Numbered from the whole stretch's first letter, positions 1-11,774 are shown. The stretch: DNA of 63,824 nucleotides, filler included, from Lama guanicoe (GCA_013239625.1; 179 parts of 179 records of this genome joined end to end with filler, not necessarily neighbours in it), one strand, 5' to 3'. The notes: generated by a model from the sequence alone, not told the origin. Made by a program: numbers and translations.

Positions 1-110
1 ACCCAGTGCTTTTTAAACATACAGGTCCTTGAAGCAAAAAGCTTGAGAAGCCTACATTTCCCATTTTTCTGAGTCTAGCCTTTTGCCTTTTACTGGGTGT
101 TTGTCTCTAC

Positions 111-257
111 CTGTGTGGTCCAGGTAGCCGCTAGCCACGTGTAGCTATTCAAATGTAAGTTAAATATATTATATTTAAATATAAGTTAATTAACATAAAA
201 TTAAATTTAAAAATCAGTTTTTCAGTCATACTAACCACATTTGAGGTGTTCGGTAAC
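111..257 (-). mobile_element. MER3-like hAT-Charlie DNA transposon fragment
   Basis: GTAGCCGCTAGCCACGTGTAGCTATT...AT-rich core...TCAGTCATACTAACCACATTTGAGGTG resembles the recalled MER3 consensus. Confidence 0.7.
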
Positions 258-357
258 NNNNNNNNNNNNNNNNNNNNNNNNNNNNNNNNNNNNNNNNNNN
301 NTTAATTAATTAANNNNNNNNNNNNNNNNNNNNNNNNNNNNNNNNNNNNNNNNNNNN

Positions 358-472
358 CTAAGAAAATCACTCACCTGTGTTATTACATACAGATTCTGGT
401 TCAATACGAGGGCAAAGTCCGAGAATATTCTTAACAAGTACCTCATCTGACAGGCAAGTTTGAGAAACGCTG
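358..472. mobile_element. MER5-like hAT-Charlie fragment
   Basis: ACAGATTCTGG...TTAACAAGTACCTC...AAGTTTGAGAAACGCTG terminal pattern. Confidence 0.5.
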
Positions 473-1071
473 TGTTAGGGTGCTTTGGGATCATTAACAC
501 CAAATAATAAAAGGCTATTTATTGGTATGATTTTATTTAATAAGTAGCTAAGAAAGGATGTTTACAAATATAAGGTTATGGATAAGAGCCAGTTTGTTCT
601 AAGATCAAACTTTANNNNNNNNNNNNNNNNNNNNNNNNNNNNNNNNNNNNNNNNNNNNTTAATTAATTAANNNNNNNNNNNNNNNNNNNNNNNNNNNNNN
701 NNNNNNNNNNNNNNCCAAAGAGGTAACATGCTGCATGGGCCTGGAGTAGTCATCAACTTGTTCAGCGGTCCCCAAGATGAGTGCATGCTTCCCACCTTGG
801 ACCCAGTTTATAATGCTAAGAAGCCAGACCATGGGACGAGGTTGCTGTCCTAATAACAGGCGGGAACACTGCGCAAGGGGGGCACCACGGTGACACCACG
901 TGGTGCCCATCGACAGTGCTTTGTCAGGAGGCGTAATCAACATGCAGCAGGCAGACCTGGCCAGTTAGGCTNNNNNNNNNNNNNNNNNNNNNNNNNNNNN
1001 NNNNNNNNNNNNNNNTTAATTAATTAANNNNNNNNNNNNNNNNNNNNNNNNNNNNNNNNNNNNNNNNNNNN

Positions 1072-1327
1072 ATCCATCAACAGATGACTGGATAAAGTAG
1101 ATAGGATACATATGTACAGTGGAACACTACTCAAGCCATACAAAATAATTAAATAATGCCATTTGCAGCAATATGGATGGACCTGAAGATTGTCAGTCTA
1201 AGTAAAGTGGACTGGAAAGAGACAGAAAAATGCCATAGGACATCACTTATATGAAGAATCTCAAAAAGAATAGCAATAAAAAGGACACAAATGAACTAAT
1301 TATTTTGATTTCTGGAATACATGTAAG
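1072..1327 (+). mobile_element. L1 ORF2 3' end / 3' UTR fragment
   Basis: CCATCAACAGATGACTGGATAAAG...GCCATTTGCAGCAATATGGATGGACCTG is typical of the L1 ORF2 C-terminal region. Confidence 0.92.
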
Positions 1328-1427
1328 NNNNNNNNNNNNNNNNNNNNNNNNNNNNNNNNNNNNNNNNNNNNTTAATTAATTAANNNNNNNNNNNNNNNNN
1401 NNNNNNNNNNNNNNNNNNNNNNNNNNN

Positions 1428-1683
1428 AAAATAGACTTACCATATGATCCAGCAATCCCACTCCCAGGCATATATCTGGAGGAAACTCTAATTCAAAAAG
1501 AAACATGTACTCCAGGGTTCATAGCAGCACTGTTTACAATGGCCAAGACATGGAATCAACCTAAATGTGCATCAACAGATGACTGAATAAAGAAGATGTG
1601 GTGTATACAGTGGAGTACTACTCAGCCATAATAGAATAATGCCATTTGCTGCAACATGGATGGACCTGGAGATTATCATACTA
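1428..1683 (+). mobile_element. L1 ORF2 C-terminal fragment
   Basis: TTACCATATGATCCAGCAATCCCACTCC (LPYDPAIPL) and TTCATAGCAGCACTGTTTACAATGGCCAAG. Confidence 0.95.
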
Positions 1684-1783
1684 NNNNNNNNNNNNNNNNN
1701 NNNNNNNNNNNNNNNNNNNNNNNNNNNTTAATTAATTAANNNNNNNNNNNNNNNNNNNNNNNNNNNNNNNNNNNNNNNNNNNN

Positions 1784-1896
1784 CCCTGCCCACACCTTGA
1801 CTTCAGACTTCAAGCCTCCAGCACTGCAAGATGATAAATGTTTGAGCCCACCTAGTTTGTGGTGCTTGGTTACAGCAGCCGTAGGAAAGTGACACA
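1784..1896 (+). mobile_element. MLT1 (ERVL-MaLR) LTR 3' end
   Basis: CCCTGCCCACACCTTGACTTCAGACTTC...ATAAAT...AGTTTGTGGTGCTTGGTTACAGCAGCCGTAGGAAAGTGACACA. Confidence 0.85.
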
Positions 1897-2140
1897 TACA
1901 AGTGCCCATTAAATATACTTGTTGAATGAGTTACTATGATAGTGACAAAACTCTCAGAAGGAAATCCTTCCCACTCAGCGAGAGAAAGGGGGGTCCTGGT
2001 TCCCCCAGCACCGTTGGAAGGCACTGCTGTCAGTGATTCCNNNNNNNNNNNNNNNNNNNNNNNNNNNNNNNNNNNNNNNNNNNNTTAATTAATTAANNNN
2101 NNNNNNNNNNNNNNNNNNNNNNNNNNNNNNNNNNNNNNNN

Positions 2141-2397
2141 GAGGAGAAGGAGGTGATGGAGGAGGTGGTGGTGGAGGAGGAGGAGGTGGTGGTGGTGGTG
2201 GTGGAGGAGGAGGTGCTGGAGGAGGAGGTGGTGGAGGAGAATGTGGAGGAGGAGAATGTGGAGGAAGAGGGGGAGAATGTGGAGGAGGAGGAGGAGAATG
2301 TGGACGAGGAGGGGAAGAATGTGGAGGAGGAGGAGGATGTGAAGGAGGAGGAGGTGGAGGAGGAGGAGGCGGTGGAGGAGGAGGAGGTGGAGGAGGA
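2141..2397 (+). repeat. GAG/GTG trinucleotide low-complexity tract; open Glu/Val-rich frame
   Basis: The whole contig is (GAG)n/(GTG)n with recurring GAGAATGTG units. Confidence 0.9.
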
Positions 2398-2497
2398 NNN
2401 NNNNNNNNNNNNNNNNNNNNNNNNNNNNNNNNNNNNNNNNNTTAATTAATTAANNNNNNNNNNNNNNNNNNNNNNNNNNNNNNNNNNNNNNNNNNNN

Positions 2498-2754
2498 AAC
2501 AGGAAGATTCTCTGGGAGAACTTTCTTATGACCCTTTAAATTTAGATCTAGAGGTTAGAGAGGGGAGTGGTGAGGGGTCAGATGTCAGAGATATCTGAAG
2601 TGTGAGAAACATTCCATGCAAGAGAAATTCTGTGTTGCTGGCTTTGAAGATGGTAAGAAACAAATGAGAAAATAATACATCAGCCTCTGGGAGCTGACAG
2701 TGACTCTCAACTGCTAGCAAGGAAATAGGGACCTCAATCATTCAGCTGCCAGGA
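2498..2754 (+). mobile_element. MLT1 (E/F-like) MaLR LTR fragment
   Basis: TTGCTGGCTTTGAAGATGG...CAGCCTCTGGGAGCTGACAG...GCAAGGAAATAGGGACCTCAATC. Confidence 0.8.
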
Positions 2755-3211
2755 NNNNNNNNNNNNNNNNNNNNNNNNNNNNNNNNNNNNNNNNNNNNTT
2801 AATTAATTAANNNNNNNNNNNNNNNNNNNNNNNNNNNNNNNNNNNNNNNNNNNNGAGGTGGAATTGGGCTCAAAGAGCCATGGAGGGGAAGCTCACCCAA
2901 TCAAGTTGCCAATTACTTGCCACGTGGTCTTAATTTGGATGTCCGAGTGGTTGCCTTAGTGGATCTTCTCACGTCCAAAGAGATAGAACGATAAAGGAGG
3001 GAATGAGAAAAGATCAAGGGGAGAAAATCCTTGGGCTCGGTGGGCTCCTTCACAGCTAGAGAACTGGTCTCTACCAGATCCTGCAGGGCTAAGGGCTACT
3101 TGAATCTGCACNNNNNNNNNNNNNNNNNNNNNNNNNNNNNNNNNNNNNNNNNNNNTTAATTAATTAANNNNNNNNNNNNNNNNNNNNNNNNNNNNNNNNN
3201 NNNNNNNNNNN

Positions 3212-3468
3212 CCAAAAACCAAAGTTGGAGGACTTACACTTCCTGATTTCAAAATATATTACAAAACTGAAGTTACTAATACAGTGTGGTATTGGCAAAA
3301 AGACAGACCTACAGACCAATGGACTAGAATAGGAATCCCAGAAATAAATCCTAGTGTATATTCTGAGAGACCTTTAACAAAAGGGTCAAGACTATTCAAT
3401 GGGGAAAAGACAATCTTTCCAACAAATGATGTTGGGAAAACTGGCTATCCATGTACAAAAAAACAAAG
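3212..3468 (+). mobile_element. Old L1 (L1M) ORF2 fragment
   Basis: Translates to KVGGLTLPDFKIYYK and VWYWQKDRPTDQWTRIGIPEINP. Confidence 0.92.
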
Positions 3469-4996
3469 NNNNNNNNNNNNNNNNNNNNNNNNNNNNNNNN
3501 NNNNNNNNNNNNTTAATTAATTAANNNNNNNNNNNNNNNNNNNNNNNNNNNNNNNNNNNNNNNNNNNNTTTTTTTTTCTTATCTATCTGTCTCTGTTTTC
3601 GGGAACAATAATATTTAACATGATGCCAATCAATTAATATATTTTGAGCAGATCCTCTGTTAAATGCTAGAAGTACAGAGTGACATGCTTTCATGAGGTT
3701 TGCAGCCCTAGAGAAGCTGTTAAAACAAGTACTGTTTGTTCTAGAGGACTAGTATACAACAGATGGTTAGGTTTCTAAAACTTACCTGCTTTCATCACTG
3801 CAATAAAATCATAGATTATACAGACNNNNNNNNNNNNNNNNNNNNNNNNNNNNNNNNNNNNNNNNNNNNTTAATTAATTAANNNNNNNNNNNNNNNNNNN
3901 NNNNNNNNNNNNNNNNNNNNNNNNNTGGCTCCAATAAAGAATATAATAGCAGTGTAATCTAGATGGAAAAATAAGACATATGCACATTAAGAGCACACCA
4001 CCCAATAAAGGATTACAGCCATGAGGTTTAACTAGGCTAATATAAGTTACTCTGGAAAGCTAAATTTATATCATAGATTTTTCAAAAGAAATGAACAGAC
4101 AGTATCTGATTTCCTCTTTATTTGATAATGGTTTGTCCTATTTATTGGTCATACACAATATACCAAGTATTTTGGAGGTCACNNNNNNNNNNNNNNNNNN
4201 NNNNNNNNNNNNNNNNNNNNNNNNNNTTAATTAATTAANNNNNNNNNNNNNNNNNNNNNNNNNNNNNNNNNNNNNNNNNNNNCCGTTGACATTTCCTTAC
4301 TTTCTTCCCATGGTCACAGCAAGAATCCACCCCGTAACTCATAGGCTGATGTCCCCAGAGAGAAACTGACCATATCAAGGGATGACGATTGATTAGTTTA
4401 AAATACGGAATGGAATACTTTATACCCAAGGCTTACATTGTAATGATGAAAGTGATGATGGCGGTGGTGTTGCTACATCTGTTTTAGTTGTTTTACAGAA
4501 ATTCTGGTCTACAAATGCACATACATGCACATATACATGNNNNNNNNNNNNNNNNNNNNNNNNNNNNNNNNNNNNNNNNNNNNTTAATTAATTAANNNNN
4601 NNNNNNNNNNNNNNNNNNNNNNNNNNNNNNNNNNNNNNNTGCAGTGGGCAGCCCTCCACTCAGCTCCATCTGTTCCAAAGGCCAATAAAGAGACAGGACA
4701 CTGGTTCTACGATACTGGCTGATTCTTACTCACTGGAGAGGTAGTTAACAGAACACCTCCTGTTGTGGTGTGCCTTTCGCCTTTGTGCTGCCGCGTCACG
4801 TAGGTTCCCAGTGGCACCTGCTGCGTCCTGAGGAGCTCCTTACTTACTATCAAAGGCCTTTCCCCTGCTATTGACAGACACCCCCATCCTTAGTGTNNNN
4901 NNNNNNNNNNNNNNNNNNNNNNNNNNNNNNNNNNNNNNNNTTAATTAATTAANNNNNNNNNNNNNNNNNNNNNNNNNNNNNNNNNNNNNNNNNNNN

Positions 4997-5253
4997 TTCT
5001 CTTGGATGCATACTGTCCATTTGTGCACATTCCACATACTTTTATTCATTTATCTGCTGATGAATGGCATTTGGGTTTCCATAATTTGGCTGTTGTACAT
5101 AATGCTATAAACATAGGCATGCATACACTTCACCAAAATGCACATCGAAGATCTCATACTCTTTGGGTATATATATCCAGAAATGGAAATGTTAGATTGT
5201 ATGGTAGATCTGTTCTTAATTTTTTTGCTACAGTCGTACTGTTTTCCAAAGTG
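4997..5253 (-). mobile_element. Old L1 3' region
   Basis: TTTATTCATTTATCTGCTGATGAATGGCATTTGGGTT...GGGTATATATCCAGAAATGGAAATG, antisense L1. Confidence 0.85.
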
Positions 5254-5400
5254 NNNNNNNNNNNNNNNNNNNNNNNNNNNNNNNNNNNNNNNNNNNNTTA
5301 ATTAATTAANNNNNNNNNNNNNNNNNNNNNNNNNNNNNNNNNNNNNNNNNNNNATATTCAGATATTAGTATGGATTCAGAACAGCACAGCCAAGGGAATT

Positions 5401-5560
5401 AGCACAGTGTAGCAGAAGGAAGCCCAGCTTTGGAGGTTAATGGGCCAAGGTTCAAATCCCACCAGTGCAAAACTTTGACTGTGTGTCTAGGCAGCCTTCT
5501 CCTCTTTGCCTGCACCACTCATTGTGAGATGGGGCATCCCCTCGTGGCTTTTGTGGGAGT
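5401..5560 (+). mobile_element. MIR SINE
   Basis: GCTTTGGAGG...GGTTCAAATCCCA...TGTGTGTCTAGGCAG...CTCATTGTGAGATGGGG core. Confidence 0.7.
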
Positions 5561-6067
5561 GGGGAGGAATAAAGCTGATAATGACCACAATGACAGGGGC
5601 TACCACTTCCNNNNNNNNNNNNNNNNNNNNNNNNNNNNNNNNNNNNNNNNNNNNTTAATTAATTAANNNNNNNNNNNNNNNNNNNNNNNNNNNNNNNNNN
5701 NNNNNNNNNNGTACCCCTTCCCGCAAGCCCCCAGCCCTGGCCAACTCCCCACCCACCCTCCTCCAGGGGTAAAGGCATCTGTGAAAGGACAACCCAGAGG
5801 GAGGGAGGCAGATGAGGGGCAAGTGGGAGGACACGCCATTCCCACTCCCTGGGAAGCCTGTCCGGAGAGATGGGAGAATGGGACCAGAGGGAAACAGCAG
5901 GGAGAGGGGGCCCAAAAATGGAGGCAAAGGAGAGAGAGAAGAAGGTAGACTCTGGAAGATTCCAGAANNNNNNNNNNNNNNNNNNNNNNNNNNNNNNNNN
6001 NNNNNNNNNNNTTAATTAATTAANNNNNNNNNNNNNNNNNNNNNNNNNNNNNNNNNNNNNNNNNNNN

Positions 6068-6324
6068 CTACCCAAAACTCCCATACAAGGATTGAAAAGG
6101 AGTTGCATCAGTGTGACTCCAACCACATCCTCGTTGTCATGAATATTCCTCCCACTCTTTCAAATCTCCACCCACTCCACCCTGACCAGACCCCATCCAC
6201 CCCCCTCCATCCTTCCCCTTCACTTTGACCTTCCTATATATTTGGTGTCTCCAACTGAATTGGGTTGAGAAGCTGATTTGCGAGCTAGGTTACCACTTTG
6301 CCAGTCTTTGGCCATTGAATAAAG
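6068..6324 (+). mobile_element. Probable ERV LTR (U3-R part)
   Basis: TATATA at 6235-6240 followed ~80 bp later by AATAAA at 6318-6323, with an LTR-like GAGAAGCTGATTTG segment between. Confidence 0.55.
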
Positions 6325-6424
6325 NNNNNNNNNNNNNNNNNNNNNNNNNNNNNNNNNNNNNNNNNNNNTTAATTAATTAANNNNNNNNNNNNNNNNNNNN
6401 NNNNNNNNNNNNNNNNNNNNNNNN

Positions 6425-6679
6425 AATACAGAACCCAGAATTTAGAACATGGGCTGCAGAACACAGATTATAGGATATAAAATACAGAATACAGTATCCA
6501 GAATTTAGGCATGGAATGAGGAACACAGAATATAGAATATAGAATACAGAATACAGAATAGAGGATGTAGAATATAGAATGTAGAACACAGAATACAGAA
6601 TATAGAACACAGAACAGAGAACTCAGAATTATGGACATGGAATGCAGGACACAGAATATAGAATATAGTATATAGAAAT
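6425..6679 (+). repeat. Heptamer (AGAATAT/AGAATAC/AGAACAC) satellite-like tandem repeat
   Basis: 7-bp periodicity across the entire contig. Confidence 0.92.
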
Positions 6680-7493
6680 NNNNNNNNNNNNNNNNNNNNN
6701 NNNNNNNNNNNNNNNNNNNNNNNTTAATTAATTAANNNNNNNNNNNNNNNNNNNNNNNNNNNNNNNNNNNNNNNNNNNNAACTTCTTAAGAAAAAAGGAG
6801 ACTGGAGCAGAGGGCCAGGCAGGATGGATGCTGGCACCCAGAGACTGGGCTAGGGCCCACATGGCCAGGGTGCCAACCTAGGGCAGGACTGCCTGGCCCT
6901 GACCCCAGGCTACCTGTGCTGCCCATGAAAAAACAGCTCCATGGCCCCCCATCTCGGGCACAGATGACATTCTCGGGGGAGTCAGCAGCTGGGGACACTG
7001 GGGAAGGATCCTGAGCCCAGTGCTGGGTCCAGGTCCNNNNNNNNNNNNNNNNNNNNNNNNNNNNNNNNNNNNNNNNNNNNTTAATTAATTAANNNNNNNN
7101 NNNNNNNNNNNNNNNNNNNNNNNNNNNNNNNNNNNNCACCTTCCCTCACAGAACCCAGAGAGGATCGCTGGCCCTCCTGCGCATGGGCAGTCGGTGCCAG
7201 CTGGACCGCTGATAGGAAGCTCCAACTCCGAGCGGAGGATCGGTCCAAAGGCTTCATGGCTCTGTTGCCCGGTAGGCCTTTGGCACCTACCTGGATCCGG
7301 GGCCTCTGGCTGTGGAAGTGCAATGTGGGGGGCTCCCGGGAAACGGGTCAGGCGGCTGCAGGAGGGCGGTCCTCCTGTCACAGCCCCCCAGGGNNNNNNN
7401 NNNNNNNNNNNNNNNNNNNNNNNNNNNNNNNNNNNNNTTAATTAATTAANNNNNNNNNNNNNNNNNNNNNNNNNNNNNNNNNNNNNNNNNNNN

Positions 7494-7749
7494 ATGATTC
7501 AGCAATCCCACTCCTGGGCATATATCTGGAGGAAACTCTAATCTGAAAACATTCAGGCATCTCCAACTGGATAAAGAAGATGTGATATATAGACATAGAT
7601 ACAGATATAGATATAGATATAATGGAATACTATACAGCCACAAACAAGAATAAAATGATACCATTTGCAGCAACATGAATGGATCTGGATATCCTTAGTC
7701 TAAGTTAAATAAGCCAGAAAGAGAAAGAATAACACTATATGATATCACT
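7494..7749 (+). mobile_element. L1 3' fragment with internal deletion and (ATATAG)n microsatellite
   Basis: Matches the 1428-1683 L1 at both ends but lacks the middle; (ATATAG)-like repeats at ~7585-7620. Confidence 0.88.
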
Positions 7750-10369
7750 NNNNNNNNNNNNNNNNNNNNNNNNNNNNNNNNNNNNNNNNNNNNTTAATTA
7801 ATTAANNNNNNNNNNNNNNNNNNNNNNNNNNNNNNNNNNNNNNNNNNNNTATCTCTAAAAAAGAAAAAGCACAAAAGAACAGATGAAATTCAAGAGACAC
7901 AATTTGCCACTAGGGGCGTCTGACCCTATAGCCACACTCTGTCTGCTGTCAGGATGGAAAGCACTTCTGTGTACAGTCAGTCACACGTGGGCGTCCAGGT
8001 GGGCCGCCAGCATCAGGGCGATGCTCACAGGTGGAGAAACCCTGAGCATCAAGGGGTAGCCAGTGGAGCTGCCTTAACCAAGCGCCATCTCTGGGCATTG
8101 CTGACCNNNNNNNNNNNNNNNNNNNNNNNNNNNNNNNNNNNNNNNNNNNNTTAATTAATTAANNNNNNNNNNNNNNNNNNNNNNNNNNNNNNNNNNNNNN
8201 NNNNNNTAGCACAAAGACGCATCAGCCCGCCTGTCCCTCTTCCTCTTGGCTTCTTAGGCATCAGGGTGCACTAACGTGAATTCAGAGCTCAGGAGAAACC
8301 GTCTTTGAGGCTCTACCTGTTTCTAGAATGCCCTGGATGCCGGGGCCCCCCAAGGTTGCCCTAAAACATGGGAGTGTGGTGGGACCAATGCCTCATTCGA
8401 GGTGCCATGTCCAGCTACTCCTAACCCTGCAGGTCCAAGCAGTGATTTGGACAGATGTCCAATNNNNNNNNNNNNNNNNNNNNNNNNNNNNNNNNNNNNN
8501 NNNNNNNTTAATTAATTAANNNNNNNNNNNNNNNNNNNNNNNNNNNNNNNNNNNNNNNNNNNNATCCCAACCACAGTCCCCTCCTGGCGAGTATGACCGA
8601 CTGCTTCCCTGCCCATCATGACCTCATCCTGACTCAGTATTTCTGCCCTCCAGGGAATATTTATTAACACATCCATTCTTAGAATTACCCCAATTCCTTG
8701 AAATCTCCCCCAAATACTCAATGCGAACTCATTAGACTTTGTCACATTCACACACTTATGGAGATGCCGCCTTCTCCATGGTGCATTCTCCCACGTTGCA
8801 GGGAGTTAACACACCTGACTNNNNNNNNNNNNNNNNNNNNNNNNNNNNNNNNNNNNNNNNNNNNTTAATTAATTAANNNNNNNNNNNNNNNNNNNNNNNN
8901 NNNNNNNNNNNNNNNNNNNNTGTCCCTCTGCCTCAGCTGTGAATTCTTTCCAGCCAGCAGGCAAGGACCCTAATTTAGGGATCTCACTATTGGCTAACAA
9001 ATTCCCAGTGAGGTTGGCCACATTTTAATATGTTTATTGACCACTTGGACATCATTTTCTGTGAAACTCTTGTTCCAATCTTTTGTGGATTAAATACCTC
9101 TTGCATTGGAAAACTGCTTTCCACCCTGACAGCCAGCCTCTTGGAGGGACTCTGACAGCAGCTTTCTTACTGGTCTCNNNNNNNNNNNNNNNNNNNNNNN
9201 NNNNNNNNNNNNNNNNNNNNNTTAATTAATTAANNNNNNNNNNNNNNNNNNNNNNNNNNNNNNNNNNNNNNNNNNNNGTTGCAGGTAGAAGGCTTGACTG
9301 CGGTAACAGACAATGTACAGTTCTGAGCACAAATCTATTCCGCCTTTTGTTTCTTACCAAGAGAATCCTGATTTTTTTCCCAAGTAGTCAACCCTCAGCA
9401 AAGATACCCTCCCTGAGCTCAGGGATAAATTGGAAAGAGGCCGCGCCCAGCATGCTAGCCCATCCCCCCCGGCAGCGAGAAACAAACACTGGTGGGCGTG
9501 TCCTGGTTCTGGCCATTGCCCACGTGCCCCACGGNNNNNNNNNNNNNNNNNNNNNNNNNNNNNNNNNNNNNNNNNNNNTTAATTAATTAANNNNNNNNNN
9601 NNNNNNNNNNNNNNNNNNNNNNNNNNNNNNNNNNTTTGCTTGGTTCTGTTTCTCCAAGAGCAGTGAGACCTCCTGCTGTGCTGGTTGTGGCCGTGAATAT
9701 TCATTTGAGACCCTTGAGAGGACACGGACCACCAGGGAGACCATGATGTCGACAGTTAGACAGTTAGGAAGATAATTACCAAGAGGTGAAGAACAGTCCT
9801 TAGCCAGGGTCCCACCCTCGTGAACCAGACCGGCAGGTGTCAGATAAATCGAAGAATGTGCCTGCAGGCGCATCGCCCTGAGTAGCTTGCTNNNNNNNNN
9901 NNNNNNNNNNNNNNNNNNNNNNNNNNNNNNNNNNNTTAATTAATTAANNNNNNNNNNNNNNNNNNNNNNNNNNNNNNNNNNNNNNNNNNNNGCCGTCCTT
10001 CACCTAGGTTGAAGGTAACACATAGTTTGTTTTCAGTTGCAAACTCCACTCCATACATATACATGGTGATGTACAAGCTCCAACTCGGTATCACAGTGAA
10101 AAAGGCAGGCACTTCAAACCTGCACTAGAAAACAGACTGAGATTCCAGTGTAAGTGTTTCTCCTGCATCCCGGGCCATTTGTGCTGTATGAACGAACGTC
10201 TCTCTACGTGCTCAGTTCTGAGATATATGTGTGTGTGAAAGCCGTANNNNNNNNNNNNNNNNNNNNNNNNNNNNNNNNNNNNNNNNNNNNTTAATTAATT
10301 AANNNNNNNNNNNNNNNNNNNNNNNNNNNNNNNNNNNNNNNNNNNNGCCATATTTTAGTTCACAAATTT

Positions 10370-10495
10370 CCATATTCATTTTCTCAAAAAATGCTCGGTG
10401 AGCATCTCCCATATTCCAGGAAGAGTTCTGGGTGCTAAAGATTCATCTGTACACCAAACAGGGCCCCTACCTGATGGTACTTACCTTCTAGCTGG
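10370..10495 (-). mobile_element. L2 3' end fragment
   Basis: ATTCATTTTCTCAAAAAATGCTCGGTGAGCATCTCCCATATTCCAGG...TTCTGGGTGCTAAAGATTCA. Confidence 0.65.
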
Positions 10496-11097
10496 ATTCC
10501 ATAGTGTGGGATGATGACTGCACTGAGAGAATTATTAAAATGTAAAGGGTTATGGGGTCTCTTAACAACCTGGTGTAAAAGATGTGGGCAAGGTCACAGC
10601 TACNNNNNNNNNNNNNNNNNNNNNNNNNNNNNNNNNNNNNNNNNNNNTTAATTAATTAANNNNNNNNNNNNNNNNNNNNNNNNNNNNNNNNNNNNNNNNN
10701 NNNTTTATGTGTCTGTTTGTTATGTTTAATGAAAAAAGAAATTGTTCTTGTGGCATTGTAAGTGCAAGTATATAGTGATGGACAAGCACAGACCAAAACC
10801 CACGATGCCAAAAATGCTAGAAAGAATGGAAGATTCCCTAACTGCAGATACAAGGCTTGTTCATGAACTCTCCCTGCCACTAAGTGATTTCTGTGAGCCT
10901 GAAAATTAGGACAGCTTTCAAGCAATTTTCCCATTTTATTTTCTAAGACATCATCCAACANNNNNNNNNNNNNNNNNNNNNNNNNNNNNNNNNNNNNNNN
11001 NNNNTTAATTAATTAANNNNNNNNNNNNNNNNNNNNNNNNNNNNNNNNNNNNNNNNNNNNAGACGATGGGGAAGGGCCGGCCGTCCGGCTCCCTCCG

Positions 11098-11240
11098 TCA
11101 CGAGCCCTTCCCGTGCCCGCACACGGCTGTTCTCCGCAGCAGCAGGAAGGCGACGACGCAGAGGTAGAGCCCGCTCTTGAGCAGCAGGAGGAGGTACGCG
11201 TAGTAGGCGGACGTGCTCGCGCGCTGCAGCCGCACTGTGT
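11098..11240 (-). CDS. TRGC: T-cell receptor gamma constant region, last coding exon (connecting peptide end, transmembrane and cytoplasmic tail)
   Basis: Minus strand reads CTAAC branch point, CCGCCTCCCCTTAG acceptor, then (D)[49 protein letters not shown]. This is colinear and equal in length to human TRGC exon 3 ([47 protein letters not shown]). It has a phase-1 start and the conserved TM Lys. Confidence 0.96.
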
Positions 11241-11774
11241 CTAAGGGGAGGCGGGCCGTTAGTTTCACCCGCTGTCTCGAGAGGCCGGGACACGGTGAGG
11301 GGAGGGGGGCACAGTTANNNNNNNNNNNNNNNNNNNNNNNNNNNNNNNNNNNNNNNNNNNNTTAATTAATTAANNNNNNNNNNNNNNNNNNNNNNNNNNN
11401 NNNNNNNNNNNNNNNNNTTTTTTTTCACTCAAGATTTGTTTTCTTTTCCAGACTATTAATTCCAAGAGGATAGCAGACTGCGATTTCATGTTCACTATAT
11501 ACACAGCATTCAGTATAGTAATGGCAAAATGCTAAGTTACCCATAAATATTTACTAAGGAAATGTATTGAAAAAATAGAGCAAGATTTCACTCACCAATG
11601 TGTTTTGTTTTGTTCACATGATGTTTTCAAACTGACAAATTTTGTGTGAATTACAGTATTATGAATTTTTTTTTNNNNNNNNNNNNNNNNNNNNNNNNNN
11701 NNNNNNNNNNNNNNNNNNTTAATTAATTAANNNNNNNNNNNNNNNNNNNNNNNNNNNNNNNNNNNNNNNNNNNN

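Noticed and set aside
2153..2397. Resemblance of EENVEE repeats to Plasmodium RESA-type antigens (contamination)
   Set aside because: Codons are GAG/GTG-dominated and GC-rich, unlike AT-rich Plasmodium coding DNA; low-complexity convergence is sufficient.
11009..11293. 94-aa minus-strand ORF in the track
   Set aside because: Wrong frame; the real coding frame is the spliced TRGC exon at 11240-11098.
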